A stretch of DNA of 64,000 bases, from NCBI GenBank assembly GCA_963806185.1, contig CAWDXE010000007.1, positions 928,001 through 992,000 of the forward strand, in the 5' to 3' direction. Each line of letters starts with the position of its first letter. Position 1 is the stretch's first letter. The position numbers were made by a program, and so were the translations under genes. This DNA comes from an uncultured candidate division Zixibacteria bacterium. Lineage in GTDB: Bacteria; Zixibacteria; MSB-5A5; GN15; FEB-12. Under the pieces are notes generated by a model. That model saw only the letters and a list, made by a program, of their open reading frames with translations. It was not told where the DNA came from and ran no database searches. Of the stretch, positions 1-10,501 are shown in pieces.

Positions 1-1363
1 CGTAGAAGATGCCCTGTTCATAGCTGGACTTGGACTGGACGATACGGCCCTTCTTGGTATCGATGGAATACTCCAGATAATCGCCGTAGAGGTTTTCCGA
101 CTTGTCCTTGAGAATCACGGGCACGGGGTTGGGCTGGAGGCGGGTGGTGAAAATGCCGCCCTCGGTGGTGGAGTCGAGGCGAACATCGGCAGAGAAGGCC
201 TCCACGATGCGACGGCGGGTGTCCAGTTGAATGCGATACGCCTCGAGCTCAGTTTGATCGGACGAGAGTTTGCTCTGGCGAGTGAGGACGAAGGTTGAAT
301 CCTTGATGGCGTAGTCGATGCGCTGGGCGCTGTAGTCAATGGTGTCCGGTTTGACTTTGGCGGTGTCGCCGGGGATGAGTTTTGTTTCGATGTAGGAACC
401 AACAGCGCCGCCGATGACCTCGACTCGGCGCAGGCTTTCATCTTCAACATACAGTTTGATGGTATCGCCGGAGGCAGTGTTTTCCTGCGTTTCGGCCTCT
501 CCCCTGGCGGACGGATAGTACCAGGAGTAGGCCTGTCCGTAACAGGTGATGCGAAAGAGTTCGCCCTGCTCGAAATCGAACAGGATGCGCCGGCCGCGCA
601 GAAGCGAGCGGTCGTATTCCTCGTCGCGACCCTTGACCTGTTCCACAAATTCGCCCTGGGCGGAATCGACAACGTCGATCTGGCTGATCTTGCGATCTAC
701 GGAATAGACGGAAATGAGCTTACCGGAGATTTGAGATTTATTGCGAGTGGCGACGGGATTATCGAACAGGTCGACAAAGCGGGTTTTGGGATTCATGACC
801 GCGCAGCCGGAGCGGGAGGAGAATTCCTTCGAGGTGATAATGACGTCACCGCGGGCCTCGGCACGACTGCGAGATCCGTCGTGATCGAACCGATCGGCCA
901 CGACCTCGATCATGTTAGCCGTATCGGGGTAGCCAATGTAGACAGTGGGGCGCTGACGCATGGCGGCCACGCGAGTATTGCGATTGTACCAGGCGTGGGT
1001 GCCGATGGCCAGAAGGGAGTCGTCTTTTGAGAACAGCTCAACGTCAGACCCGAGCGCGAGCGCTTCGCCGGTGCGGAGGTCGTAGTCGACGGAATCAGCG
1101 ATGACGCGGTACTTTTCGTCGTCGATACGAACCGAGGAGCGGAGACGGACGCGCTTACCCTTGACCCAGACGGCAGAGTCGCAGTAGATCATGCCGTTGT
1201 CAGTTTCAAAGATGACGGAGCCGTTGACGTGGACGATGTCGTCGTCGCCCTGCAGAAGGACTTCGAATTTGTCGGCGTGATGCAAATTCAGGCGCTGTTG
1301 AGCAGCGACCGGAGTAGTCAGCCAACAAACCAGAAATGAAGCAGCGACAAGCCAACGTATCAC
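1..1363 (-). CDS. lptD: LPS-assembly protein LptD-like with N-terminal OstA domains (3' end runs off the window)
   Basis: Not in the ORF track. Manual translation from GTG at 1363 gives a signal peptide MIRWLVAASFLVCWLTTPVAAQ, then OstA-like ...VHVNGSVIFETDNGMIYCDSAVW...IADSVDYDL. The same frame at the window edge reads PVILKDKSENLYGDYLEYSIDTKKGRIVQSKSSYEQGIFY, typical of FCB-group LptD. The middle of the frame was not fully checked. Confidence 0.75.
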   Translation of the reverse strand, partial: MIRWLVAASFLVCWLTTPVAAQQRLNLHHADKFEVLLQGDDDIVHVNGSVIFETDNGMIYCDSAVWVKGKRVRLRSSVRIDDEKYRVIADSVDYDLRTGEALALGSDVELFSKDDSLLAIGTHAWYNRNTRVAAMRQRPTVYIGYPDTANMIEVVADRFDHDGSRSRAEARGDVIITSKEFSSRSGCAVMNPKTRFVDLFDNPVATRNKSQISGKLISVYSVDRKISQIDVVDSAQGEFVEQVKGRDEEYDRSLLRGRRILFDFEQGELFRITCYGQAYSWYYPSARGEAETQENTASGDTIKLYVEDESLRRVEVIGGAVGSYIETKLIPGDTAKVKPDTIDYSAQRIDYAIKDSTFVLTRQSKLSSDQTELEAYRIQLDTRRRIVEAFSADVRLDSTTEGGIFTTRLQPNPVPVILKDKSENLYGDYLEYSIDTKKGRIVQSKSSYEQGIFY

Positions 1364-1378
1364 GACACGACTTCCATA

Positions 1379-2563
1379 TCAGACCAGTAGTTTCTCCAGC
1401 GCGGAGCGGTAGGTTTCGAGTGCGTCGGCTGAAGCGCCCCCTGCCTGCGCCAGACGCGGGCTGCCGCCGCCCCGGAGTCCGATCGCGGCAGACAGTTTTT
1501 TCATCACATCGCCGGCATTTAGACTGATTGATGAGCCGGTGGCCAGATAAAGTTTATTTTCGACGACCAGAAGAGATACGCCGCCGATCTTTTCGGCTAC
1601 TTGCTGAGCGAGGGGGCCGGCGATTTCGGCCTGGATGTCGGTCGGGGCGGCGCAGACAAACGGATGTGGGCCGAGCCTGGCGACCTGCGCAGCCAGTCGT
1701 TCCGCAAAGACGGGCAGGAGTTCTTTCTGAAGTCCGGCCGCCTGTCTGTGGAGGGATTTCGATTCGTCAACCAACTTCGCATACCGTCCCTCCAAATCGT
1801 TGATATTGCAGGTGAGTTGTTTGGAGAGGCGGTCGGTGATGGCGAAACGGGTGCGGTAGTCTTCCCATGCCTGACGGCCGGCGAGGAAAGTGACGAGAGC
1901 GCGGCCACGGAGGCGTTCAATGCCGGTGATTTTGATGAGGCCGATCTCCGACGTGTTGGCGCAGTGCGTGCCGCCGCAGGCCGAGTAATCGAACTCGCCG
2001 ACTTTGATGACGCGGATAACACCCTCGCGATCGGGGATCTTACGCAGAGGAAGGTTAGCGGCGTCTGAGGCGTCAACAAAGAGAATGCTGACGGGCAGAC
2101 TGCGCCAAATGATCTGGTTGGCCAAAAGCTCAGCGTCGGCCGATTGCTCAGGGCTGACCGAATCGGAATTCAATTCAACGGCACCGTATTCCTCACCGAG
2201 GTGAACGGAGACGGTTTCATAATTAGACCTCTGGATGAATGATTGACTGAGGATATGCTGGGCCGAGTGAAGTTGACGATTGCGATGGCGGCGGTCGGTG
2301 TCGACGAGACCGGTGGCGGTTGAACCTACCGATCCGATCGGCTGGCGACTGATGTGGAGGACTTCGCCGGCCTCAGATTCGCGCACGTCAATAACGTCGA
2401 CGCCATTCAATTGACCAGTGTCAAAGAGCTGTCCGCCGGAAGTTGGATAAAAGGCAGACCGGTCGAGAGTAGTGAGATAAACCTCTCCCTCATTCGTCAC
2501 GACCGTGATGGTGGCGGTGAACTCGAGGAGGGCGGGATCATGGTAGTAGAGTCGTTCGGTCAT
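1379..2563 (-). CDS. Alanyl-tRNA editing protein (AlaX family, DHHA1 C-terminus)
   Basis: TERLYY start, FYPTSGGQLFDTG, Zn-binding HSAQH and CGGTH motifs, C-terminal GGGS..LAQAGG. Confidence 0.9.
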   Translation of the reverse strand: MTERLYYHDPALLEFTATITVVTNEGEVYLTTLDRSAFYPTSGGQLFDTGQLNGVDVIDVRESEAGEVLHISRQPIGSVGSTATGLVDTDRRHRNRQLHSAQHILSQSFIQRSNYETVSVHLGEEYGAVELNSDSVSPEQSADAELLANQIIWRSLPVSILFVDASDAANLPLRKIPDREGVIRVIKVGEFDYSACGGTHCANTSEIGLIKITGIERLRGRALVTFLAGRQAWEDYRTRFAITDRLSKQLTCNINDLEGRYAKLVDESKSLHRQAAGLQKELLPVFAERLAAQVARLGPHPFVCAAPTDIQAEIAGPLAQQVAEKIGGVSLLVVENKLYLATGSSISLNAGDVMKKLSAAIGLRGGGSPRLAQAGGASADALETYRSALEKLLV

Positions 2564-2567
2564 ATGA

Positions 2568-3467
2568 TCAGACGACCTCGACTGGTTCCAGGGGTGGCGA
2601 AGTGTGGCCGGTTTGCACCAGCGCTGTCAGAGCAGCAGTGCCAAGGAGCGATTGCCCCGAACGGGCAAACGAGCACAGCTGAAAGAGAATGAGTTCCAAG
2701 ATGACTCCCAAACCGTTCGGCAGAGCGCCGGTTACCTGCACGGCAATGATCTCAATCAGGATCCAGAAGATCACAAACGGCAGGTAGAACGCAGCATAGG
2801 CTCCGATAGATTGTACACCAATCCGGCGCGACAGGCTCATGGCTGTTCGCCAATAGGCGGCGACCGGCCGGCTGGGCGTGAGCGTGAGGCTGAGGCGCAT
2901 GAAATCAGAGAAGATGGAGCCGAGGATCAGGATGGTCCAGAGAATGGCCTCGCGTACGCCGAGCGAAAGCATGCCCCCTGTTCCCTGCGGGCCGAAGAGG
3001 TCGGGTGGACAGATGCGGGTTGCAAACGAAGCGAGCAAACCCAGCCCGGCGTAGAGCGGAAGCATCACCAGCGTGACACGCAAGTGGGGGTCGAAATCGC
3101 GCGCACACTGCGTGAAGAATTCCTGACTGGGCAGAGTGCGACCCGCGACCAGCGAGTGGTAGATGCCGCCATTGAGAAACTGCTTGACGATCAGTGCAGC
3201 AGCGCCCAGGAAGATTAATAGAAATACGAAGTAGGTGACCATGCCGGGGTGAGCGAGGACGAGTTCGGTCAGGATGTCGAGCGACCAGGTGCCGGCGAGA
3301 AGTTGACCGAAGATGGAACGATCAAGATCGGAGGAAACGACGGCCAGTACGGGCAAGGTGGCGATTAAGGCGAGGCTCAGGCGACCGAGGTAGAGCCAGA
3401 ACCAAAGGCGGGTCAGGCCGTGAAACTTTTGGAGCGCGCGGGCAACGGCGTGCAGCATCGTTACCAT
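2568..3467 (-). CDS. Multi-pass membrane protein of unknown function
   Basis: About 6 hydrophobic segments; overlaps the stop of the upstream M1 peptidase gene. Confidence 0.7.
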   Translation of the reverse strand: MVTMLHAVARALQKFHGLTRLWFWLYLGRLSLALIATLPVLAVVSSDLDRSIFGQLLAGTWSLDILTELVLAHPGMVTYFVFLLIFLGAAALIVKQFLNGGIYHSLVAGRTLPSQEFFTQCARDFDPHLRVTLVMLPLYAGLGLLASFATRICPPDLFGPQGTGGMLSLGVREAILWTILILGSIFSDFMRLSLTLTPSRPVAAYWRTAMSLSRRIGVQSIGAYAAFYLPFVIFWILIEIIAVQVTGALPNGLGVILELILFQLCSFARSGQSLLGTAALTALVQTGHTSPPLEPVEVV

Positions 3468-5236
3468 CCCCAGATCGTGCTAAAGAGTGACTGGACGAGG
3501 AAAGTGAGGCCGGAAAAGAGTCGCATGGAGGCGGCACGGGTGTCCTCAACGGTTCTGCCGTTGTTGAGATAGGCGATATCGGTGCAGAAGATGTGGTCAG
3601 GATCAAGCGTGGCCGCGCGTAGCGGTTTGTCGGCGGTGAGGGTCAATTTGTGTCTTCCCGTCGAGGCGGTGAGGGTGGTGTCAATGACGGTGCCATCGGC
3701 GTACCAACGTCTCAACGGGATGGGCAGGTCGAAGTGGTTTTGGAGAGTATAATCTATGGTGTTTGTGAACCGGCTCGTGGAAGGCAGGGAATCGTGGCCG
3801 GCGGAATCGGCCGGGTCAAATGGGACAGAGGTTACGTCGTTGACGGCCAGATCGAGACGGCTGGTGGATTCGATAATTCGGCCGGCCAAGCCGGGGTGAC
3901 CCTTGGGAAGGAACTGTTCAGCCAAGGTCAGGAAGTCATCGGACGAGGGCATCCGGTTCGAGTAGCGCGCCACCCAGTCCTGCCATAATTTGCGCTCGTT
4001 ATCTTTCCCCATGATACCGCAGAGGAAAGCGACGGTGGGAGCGCCCTTGTAGTAGACGGCGGCGTAGTATTCGAATATGTCGAAGTAGTCACCGGCCGGA
4101 CGATTGATGGGCACGAGCTCGAGAGAGGTGCGATTGGAGAATCGCTCGCCGGACTCATAAGATGCGGTGAAGCCGAATTGATCGAGCAAGGAGTTGGCGC
4201 CGAATTTTGAGCGCATGATCCGCTGGGAGAAGTATTCCGTAATGGACTCGTCGAGCCAGGGGTCAGCGGCCTGATCGGAGTTGATCAAGCCGTAGAACCA
4301 TTGATGCACGGTCTCGTGAATGATCGTTTCGTCGTAGTTGTAGCTGATGTTGGGGCGGTAGGGGGGCATGATGACGGTCATGTGCGGAAGTTCCAGACCG
4401 CCGCCCATATTGAGCCCGCCCAGGACCAACACCAATTCCGGGAACGGATATGGCAGCCCCTCCCCTGCCATGAAAGAGAAGCTGGCGGCGACGTCAGCTC
4501 TGGCCGAAGGCAGAATCCACGAGTCTTCCTCACGGGTCCAAACACTGACACTCACACCCTCAATGATACTGGAGTCGAGCAGAAAGCCGGTGGCGATGAC
4601 GGCGCCGATATCGTCGACGCCGCTAAGTTGAGTTTGATACGTACTAGCGCCGCCAAAAGTGTCGAGAACCTGCGTCGAGGGGGCGAGGTATTGCAGAGAA
4701 TCGGGAAGGCGAAGGGTGGCGGTGATATCAAAGAGGTCGGCGGTCGGTTCAGCTTGCTCGGAATAGCCCGTGGTCACCCAGTTCGAATCGCGCCAGAGAG
4801 CGGGCATGGGGAACCAGGCTTCGAGAAGGTACTGCCCTCGTTTGAAGCCGGTGCGATAACCCGGCCTGGACATGTTCAGCGTGAATTTGAGGCGCACCTT
4901 TGTGGTATCATGCTTGCGCAAAGTGGAAGGACAAGTCACACTGACGTACACGCCAGTGTGCTGGAGAGTTGAAGTGACGTCGACGCTGTCGATCCAGGCA
5001 GAGTCGACCTCCAGGCCGCAGGTTGAGTCCTTGGCGGTGCACTTCACGTTCGGATAGAGGCGGAATAGGTATAGGCTCGCGCCCGGGGCGTAATCGACAA
5101 AGCGCACCTCGACGCTGCCACTGACCGTTTTGGCACTGTCGTTCAGCACGGCGTCGATGAAAATGTCATCGTAGGCTGAAACCGTCATGGGCAGGATCAG
5201 CAAGAGACGACTAAGCCATCTGATTTTCCAGCTCAC
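3461..5236 (-). CDS. Secreted M1-family (gluzincin) metallopeptidase
   Basis: Signal peptide; GGLEL (GAMEN variant); HETVHQWF followed by WLDESITEY; YYKGA. Confidence 0.85.
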   Translation of the reverse strand: MSWKIRWLSRLLLILPMTVSAYDDIFIDAVLNDSAKTVSGSVEVRFVDYAPGASLYLFRLYPNVKCTAKDSTCGLEVDSAWIDSVDVTSTLQHTGVYVSVTCPSTLRKHDTTKVRLKFTLNMSRPGYRTGFKRGQYLLEAWFPMPALWRDSNWVTTGYSEQAEPTADLFDITATLRLPDSLQYLAPSTQVLDTFGGASTYQTQLSGVDDIGAVIATGFLLDSSIIEGVSVSVWTREEDSWILPSARADVAASFSFMAGEGLPYPFPELVLVLGGLNMGGGLELPHMTVIMPPYRPNISYNYDETIIHETVHQWFYGLINSDQAADPWLDESITEYFSQRIMRSKFGANSLLDQFGFTASYESGERFSNRTSLELVPINRPAGDYFDIFEYYAAVYYKGAPTVAFLCGIMGKDNERKLWQDWVARYSNRMPSSDDFLTLAEQFLPKGHPGLAGRIIESTSRLDLAVNDVTSVPFDPADSAGHDSLPSTSRFTNTIDYTLQNHFDLPIPLRRWYADGTVIDTTLTASTGRHKLTLTADKPLRAATLDPDHIFCTDIAYLNNGRTVEDTRAASMRLFSGLTFLVQSLFSTIWGW

Positions 5237-5978
5237 CTATTCCCTCGATGCGGACGACGATTTTGTCACCCGGTTTCATTGGCGCAATACCGGACGGCGT
5301 GCCGGTTGCGACCAGATCGCCCGGCAGGAGTGTCATGGCGGCGGTGATATAGTGAATCAGGTACGGAATCTCGAAGATCATCATCGATGTCCGGCCCGAT
5401 TGTTTGATTTCACCGTTATGAATTCCCTCGACCAGGACGTCTCGCCAGTTCAATTCATTGACAATCCAGGGACCGACCGGGCAAAACGTGTCGAAGCCTT
5501 TGGCACGCGACCATTGGCCGTCCTTCTTCTGAAGATCGCGCGCGGTAACGTCGTTGACGCAGGTGAAGCCGAAGATGTGCTCGGTGGCTCGTTCAACCGG
5601 AACGTTTTTGGCGGTCTTCCCTATCACCACACCAAGTTCCGCCTCGTAATCGACCCGTTCCGACTGCGGCGGGTGAATGATGTTGTCGCCCGGGCTGATA
5701 ATCGCGGACGGCGGTTTGAAGAAGATCAGGGGATTCTCCGGCGGTTTGTCGGCGGAAAAGGAGGCTTGCACGTGGGCATGGTAGTTGAGGCCGATGCAGA
5801 CAATCTTGGACGGCGTGACCGGAGCCAGCAGTTTTACATCCTGCAATGGGTGGATCTTGCCGGTCCGGCCGGCGTCGAGCCAAGGAGCGCCGGTGAGTTC
5901 GTCGACTGATTCATTTTCGAGTATGCCAAACCGGGGAGTATCGCCCGTCTTTTGAAAGCGTACGTATCGAGAGGTCAT
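5211..5978 (-). CDS. Fumarylacetoacetate hydrolase family protein
   Basis: SKIVCIGLNY, FFKPPSA, VDYEAEL, NDVTARD, AKGFDTFCPVGP, ATGTPSG. Confidence 0.93.
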   Translation of the reverse strand: MTSRYVRFQKTGDTPRFGILENESVDELTGAPWLDAGRTGKIHPLQDVKLLAPVTPSKIVCIGLNYHAHVQASFSADKPPENPLIFFKPPSAIISPGDNIIHPPQSERVDYEAELGVVIGKTAKNVPVERATEHIFGFTCVNDVTARDLQKKDGQWSRAKGFDTFCPVGPWIVNELNWRDVLVEGIHNGEIKQSGRTSMMIFEIPYLIHYITAAMTLLPGDLVATGTPSGIAPMKPGDKIVVRIEGIGELENQMA

Positions 5979-6916
5979 TTGTCGGTCAATCCTTCTATAT
6001 AGTGATGAATCGAATCAGCCAGAGCCGCAGGGTTATAACCACCCTCGAGCACCGAGATCATCCGGCCATCGCAGCAGCGGAAAGCAACGTCGCGCAAGAC
6101 GCGTCCAATTTTCTCGTAAGCGGCAGAACTCCAGTCGAGCCCGGCCAAGGGATCGAGGCGATGGGCGTCGAAGCCGGCCGAGACAAGAAGAAGCTGGGGG
6201 TTGTATGACAGCAGAGCGTCGCGGATTTCCTTTTCGAAAAGGGGCAGGGCGTGGGCATCGCCGGTATGGACCCACAAGGGGAAATTCAAAGTGAAACCGA
6301 GGCCGGGGCCACCCCCCCGTTCACCGGCGCTGCCACTGCCGGGGTAGAACGGGAATTGGTGAGTCGATATGAAGATGACATCGGCGCGATCATAGAACAT
6401 ATGCTGACTGCCGTTGCCGTGATGAACGTCAAAATCGACGATCGCGACGCGCGCGAGTTGAAAAGTGTCGATCGCATACTGGGCGGCGACACCGACCGTG
6501 TTAAAGAGGCAGAATCCCCTGGCGTGATCGGCTTCGGCATGGTGACCGGGCGGGCGACCAAGTATGAGGGATTGCGCCATGCCGCCGTTCATGGCGGCAT
6601 CGACGGCAGACAGGGTGGCGCTCACCACGGAGGTCGCGGCCAGGAATGATTTCGGCGTGACAAAGGTATCCAGGTCAGGGCGGCCGCCTCCGGCGGCAGC
6701 AAGTTCGGCGATTTGGCGGACGTATTCCGGCTTGTGGACCCGTTCGATCGGCGCTTGATCGTGGTCCTGCAACTCGATATCTACGACGACGTTGGCGGCC
6801 CGCAAGGCGTCGATCACGGTGATGGTTTCGGACAATCGTCCGGCGTTTTCGGGATGGCCGGGTGGAGCGGCATGCTCCTGACCGTGAACTAATAGTGCGA
6901 CACCGACTTGGGGCAT
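5975..6916 (-). CDS. Histone deacetylase-family (AcuC/AphA-like) amidohydrolase
   Basis: HPE, RPPGHHA, GFC, DFDVHHGNG, SAGFD, LEGGY. Start moved to ATG 6916, which follows a promoter-like motif. Confidence 0.92.
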   Translation of the reverse strand: MPQVGVALLVHGQEHAAPPGHPENAGRLSETITVIDALRAANVVVDIELQDHDQAPIERVHKPEYVRQIAELAAAGGGRPDLDTFVTPKSFLAATSVVSATLSAVDAAMNGGMAQSLILGRPPGHHAEADHARGFCLFNTVGVAAQYAIDTFQLARVAIVDFDVHHGNGSQHMFYDRADVIFISTHQFPFYPGSGSAGERGGGPGLGFTLNFPLWVHTGDAHALPLFEKEIRDALLSYNPQLLLVSAGFDAHRLDPLAGLDWSSAAYEKIGRVLRDVAFRCCDGRMISVLEGGYNPAALADSIHHYIEGLTDK

Positions 6917-6922
6917 GGCGAG

Positions 6923-6951
6923 AAGGTACGGCAAGCGATTCGGCGGGTCAA
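6923..6951 (-). promoter_or_regulatory. Sigma70-type promoter candidate, probably giving a leaderless transcript of the HDAC gene
   Basis: TTGACC-N17-TACCTT, with ATG 6 nt after the -10 and no SD sequence. Confidence 0.5.
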
Positions 6952-6958
6952 CTACAAG

Positions 6959-8308
6959 CTATACCTTCTTCAGTTTCCATTTGCCGCGCCGGAACCATAA
7001 GGCGATACAGGCGGCTTTGATGGTAGTTGTAATTGTGAGGGTCCACCAAACGCCGTTGACTCCCAGACCGCAGTCGAAGGCAAGATAATAGGCCAGTGGA
7101 ATACGGGCGATGGCACCGGGAAGCAAGACCAGCATGGGTGGGATGGTGTCACCGGCACCGCTGAAGGCGCCTTCGATGACGATTTCGATAGCCATGGTGA
7201 ATTGAGAAAGGGCGAGGATAATCATGTAGTCCTGAGCGATTTGTTGCACCGCCGCATCCGGTGAGAAGATGGCGGCCAGGGGCTGATTGAAAAGGAGCAG
7301 GAGGATCGAGTTAATGGCGGTGACGCCGATGGCAAGGGCGGCGGCAACCCACGCACCCTTGGCGGCGCGATCAGGATTACCGGCACCCAGGTTTTGGCCA
7401 ACCATGGTGGCCGCGGCAATCGAAAAGCCCTGGCAGGTGAGATAGGACAGGGCTTCCATCCGGTTGCCTATTCCCATGGCGGCACCGGCGGAGGGGCCGA
7501 ACCGATGAACGATATCGATCAGAAACCAGTAGACACCAACAAAGACGAGTTGCTGGCTGGCCATGGGGAGGCCGATGCGGCCAATTCTCAAGATGTCGGT
7601 GAAGTTCACTTTGCTACGGAAGATACCGTCGACCGGGTAGCCGAGCTTGCCGGAGTGGAGTCGCCAGAGGAAGACGGAGAGAGCGACGGTAATTGAGATT
7701 CCCGTGGCCAGGCTGGCACCGGGAACGCCCAGTTTCGGGAAGGGCCCGATCCCGAATATGAGGAGGGGATCCAGAATCATGTTGAGGCCGATAGCGATGC
7801 CACCGATCCAGAGCGGTGTGCGGGTGTCACCGGAAGCGCTGAAGGCGGAGTAAATGGTGTCGTAGATCATGAAGACATAGGCGCTCACGAAGAAGATGTG
7901 CATGTAGGGAACGGCCATTTCGAGAGATTCCTTGCCGGCGCCCATGAGAGCGAGGAGGTCGCGAGCGAAGATGAATCCGGGGATGGCAACCAGTGTCGCG
8001 AGTCCAAGGGCAAACCAGAGCGCCTGTCGGATGTAGCCGGCCGCCTGGGGGGTCTCACCGGAACCGACATATCGAGAAACGAGGGCCCGGACGCCGATGG
8101 TAATGGTCGAGGTGGTGGCAAAGATAGTCCAGATGATGACCATTGAAGAGGTCACGGCATCTTGTGCGGCAGCACCGAGCCGGCCAACCCAATACAGGTT
8201 TACCACGTGCATGGCAAACTCGAGCAGCATGCCCACGACAACCGGAACCGCCAACCAGATGACGGTATGGACGAGGGGGCCGGAAGTAACTTGGTCTGCT
8301 TGTTTCAT
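6959..8308 (-). CDS. MATE family efflux transporter
   Basis: About 12 TM; LAVPVVVGML, SGDTRTPL, NMILDPLLIFG, GQNLGAG, GAGDT. Confidence 0.92.
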   Translation of the reverse strand: MKQADQVTSGPLVHTVIWLAVPVVVGMLLEFAMHVVNLYWVGRLGAAAQDAVTSSMVIIWTIFATTSTITIGVRALVSRYVGSGETPQAAGYIRQALWFALGLATLVAIPGFIFARDLLALMGAGKESLEMAVPYMHIFFVSAYVFMIYDTIYSAFSASGDTRTPLWIGGIAIGLNMILDPLLIFGIGPFPKLGVPGASLATGISITVALSVFLWRLHSGKLGYPVDGIFRSKVNFTDILRIGRIGLPMASQQLVFVGVYWFLIDIVHRFGPSAGAAMGIGNRMEALSYLTCQGFSIAAATMVGQNLGAGNPDRAAKGAWVAAALAIGVTAINSILLLLFNQPLAAIFSPDAAVQQIAQDYMIILALSQFTMAIEIVIEGAFSGAGDTIPPMLVLLPGAIARIPLAYYLAFDCGLGVNGVWWTLTITTTIKAACIALWFRRGKWKLKKV

Positions 8309-8421
8309 GGGCCAGCCTGCCCTTTAAGGAGATACTTCTCCCCTATCGGGTAGGGGGAGATAGTACGGAGAATAGCGAGCCGGCACAAGACGGAAATACA
8401 GGATGTGAGCGGGCGGGTGAG

Positions 8422-8856
8422 CTAATGAGCCAGCTGCTTATGGAGAGATTCCAGGGCGCGCGTATAGCTGTCGAAGCCGAGGCCGGAAATCTGACTGATA
8501 CAGACCGGCGCGACGACTGATATGCGGCGAAATTCCTCGCGGCCATGAATATTGGTCAAGTGAACCTCGACCGTTGGAAGGTTGACTGCCGAGATGGCCT
8601 CCCGAAGGGCGTAGCTGTAATGAGTCAGCGCGCCGGGATTGATGATGATTCCCTGGGCGTCGAAGCCGTATTCGTGAATGAAATCAAGGAGGCCGCCCTC
8701 GTGATTGCTCTGAAAGAAATGCACTTCGACACCGAGTTCGTCGGCTTTGCGGCGGACGTACTGCTCGAGATCGGACAGGGATCTGGTGCCGTAGACTTCC
8801 GGTTCGCGCTTTCCCAGCAGATTCAAGTTGGGACCGTTGATGACAAGAATCTTCAT
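8422..8856 (-). CDS. aroQ: Type II 3-dehydroquinate dehydratase
   Basis: INGPNLNLLGKREPEVYG, QSNHEG, NPGALTHYS, EVHLTNIHGRE. Confidence 0.97.
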   Translation of the reverse strand: MKILVINGPNLNLLGKREPEVYGTRSLSDLEQYVRRKADELGVEVHFFQSNHEGGLLDFIHEYGFDAQGIIINPGALTHYSYALREAISAVNLPTVEVHLTNIHGREEFRRISVVAPVCISQISGLGFDSYTRALESLHKQLAH

Positions 8857-8865
8857 CGCATCCTC

Positions 8866-9999
8866 TCATCGGCCATAGGTACTGAGGACTCGTTCGAGCG
8901 CCTCGCGGGCCTGCTCGTTGCTGACGCTGCTGGTAATATGCACAGAGCCGAGCGGTGCAGCCAGTACAAAAGCAAGGCCTTCGGCAACGCGTTTCTTGTC
9001 GGCGCTCATGGCTCCGATGACGGCGTCGAGGTCAAGTGAGTGCTTTGGCACGCGGGTGAGGAGCCGCTCGAGGAGGAGCTGGTAGCGAGACAGAGTTTCA
9101 GCGCCGGGCAAAGCGACAATCTGGGCCAGGTGGACGGCGGCCAACAGGCCGACAATTACCGCTTCACCATGAAGCAAAGTGCCGTAGCCGAGAGTCGTCT
9201 CAATCGCATGAGCAAAAGTGTGGCCGTAGTTGAGGTGGCGGCGGAGATCACGTTCGTCGGGGTCGCGGGAGACGAGGTCGGCTTTGAAGGCGACCGACTG
9301 ATGCACAAGCTCCAGGAATTCATCGGTGTCGGCCGGCGAACCGCTGTCAAACCATCGTTCGAAGGGATCGGCAAATGCCGAGCCTATGAGGCCGGCGTAC
9401 TTGGCCATCTCCCCCACGCCGGCGTTGAATTCGCGGGGCGGAAGAGTGGAAAGAAAGGAGAGATCGGTGAAGACGAAAGTCGGGTGCCAGAAGGCGCCTA
9501 TCAGGTTTTTCCCGACGGAGTGATTCACCCCCGTTTTGCCGCCGATGGCGGCGTCGATCATACCGAGCAAGGTGGTTGGGATGGCGGCCCAGCGGACACC
9601 TCGCAGTACAGTTGAGGCGGTGAAACCGCCGACATCGGTAGCGACGCCGCCGCCAATGACAACGATGAAATCGCGGCGCCCGACAAGATTGACGAGGAAG
9701 AAGTCGTAGAGGGCCTGAACGGTGTCAAGGTCCTTCGTGCCTTCTCCCGACGGGATGACGCCGACGGTGGCCAGGGGGAAGTCGGAAAATGGCTGATACA
9801 GACGATCGCCGTAAAGCTCGTGCACGTTTTCGTCGACGAGCAGGAAGAGCCGGTTTTCGCCGACGGCAGTGCGGGTCAGCTCGGAGAGACGGGCGAAATC
9901 GTTGTGGGTGATGATTACGGGATATGATTGTTCCCCGGCGCGAACGATGATGGGGGCCGAATGTCCGTCAGAGCCGGCCAAGTCGTCGGAGAATTTCAT
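8866..9999 (-). CDS. aroB: 3-dehydroquinate synthase
   Basis: GEGTK, GGGVATDVGGF, PTTLLGMIDAAIGGKTGVN, LNYGHTFAHAIE, LLHGEAV. Confidence 0.96.
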   Translation of the reverse strand: MKFSDDLAGSDGHSAPIIVRAGEQSYPVIITHNDFARLSELTRTAVGENRLFLLVDENVHELYGDRLYQPFSDFPLATVGVIPSGEGTKDLDTVQALYDFFLVNLVGRRDFIVVIGGGVATDVGGFTASTVLRGVRWAAIPTTLLGMIDAAIGGKTGVNHSVGKNLIGAFWHPTFVFTDLSFLSTLPPREFNAGVGEMAKYAGLIGSAFADPFERWFDSGSPADTDEFLELVHQSVAFKADLVSRDPDERDLRRHLNYGHTFAHAIETTLGYGTLLHGEAVIVGLLAAVHLAQIVALPGAETLSRYQLLLERLLTRVPKHSLDLDAVIGAMSADKKRVAEGLAFVLAAPLGSVHITSSVSNEQAREALERVLSTYGR

Positions 10000-10501
10000 C
10001 GACTACCTCTTTGGGCGACTTATTGGTTGTGACGATGGTGAGGTCAGCGGCGGCTTCGTAGCCGGGGCGGCGAAGCGCAAGCATTTCACGTATCCGCGCG
10101 TGTTGGGGCCTACCCGTCGACGGGTGCAGCAGCGGGCGATTGCCATGTTCGGCGAGTCGCTTGTGAATGACTCCGGCGGAGCAGCGCAAATAGATAACCG
10201 TCCCGGTAGCTGTGATGGCGGTGCGGTTCTGTCGGTTCAGCAGAGCCCCGCCGCCGAGTGCGATAACCAGCGGATCGCGGCTTCGGGCTAGTTTGTCCAC
10301 AGTTTTCAACTCGAACAGGCGAAAGGCGGCCTCGCCTTTGCCGGCAAAGATTGAAGTGATCGAGCAACCCGATTTTTCTTCGACCAGCGTGTCAGAATCG
10401 GCGTGTCCGAGGCCGAGCCGTCGCGCGAGCACCGGGGCAACCGTGGACTTGCCGCTGCCGGAGAACCCGACCAAATAGATATGCCGTTTCGCCTTTTTCA
10501 T
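9968..10501 (-). CDS. aroK: Shikimate kinase
   Basis: LVGFSGSGKST, GEAAFR, LGGGA, RPLL. Start at ATG 10501 gives an ATGA overlap with aroE. Confidence 0.95.
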   Translation of the reverse strand: MKKAKRHIYLVGFSGSGKSTVAPVLARRLGLGHADSDTLVEEKSGCSITSIFAGKGEAAFRLFELKTVDKLARSRDPLVIALGGGALLNRQNRTAITATGTVIYLRCSAGVIHKRLAEHGNRPLLHPSTGRPQHARIREMLALRRPGYEAAADLTIVTTNKSPKEVVDEILRRLGRL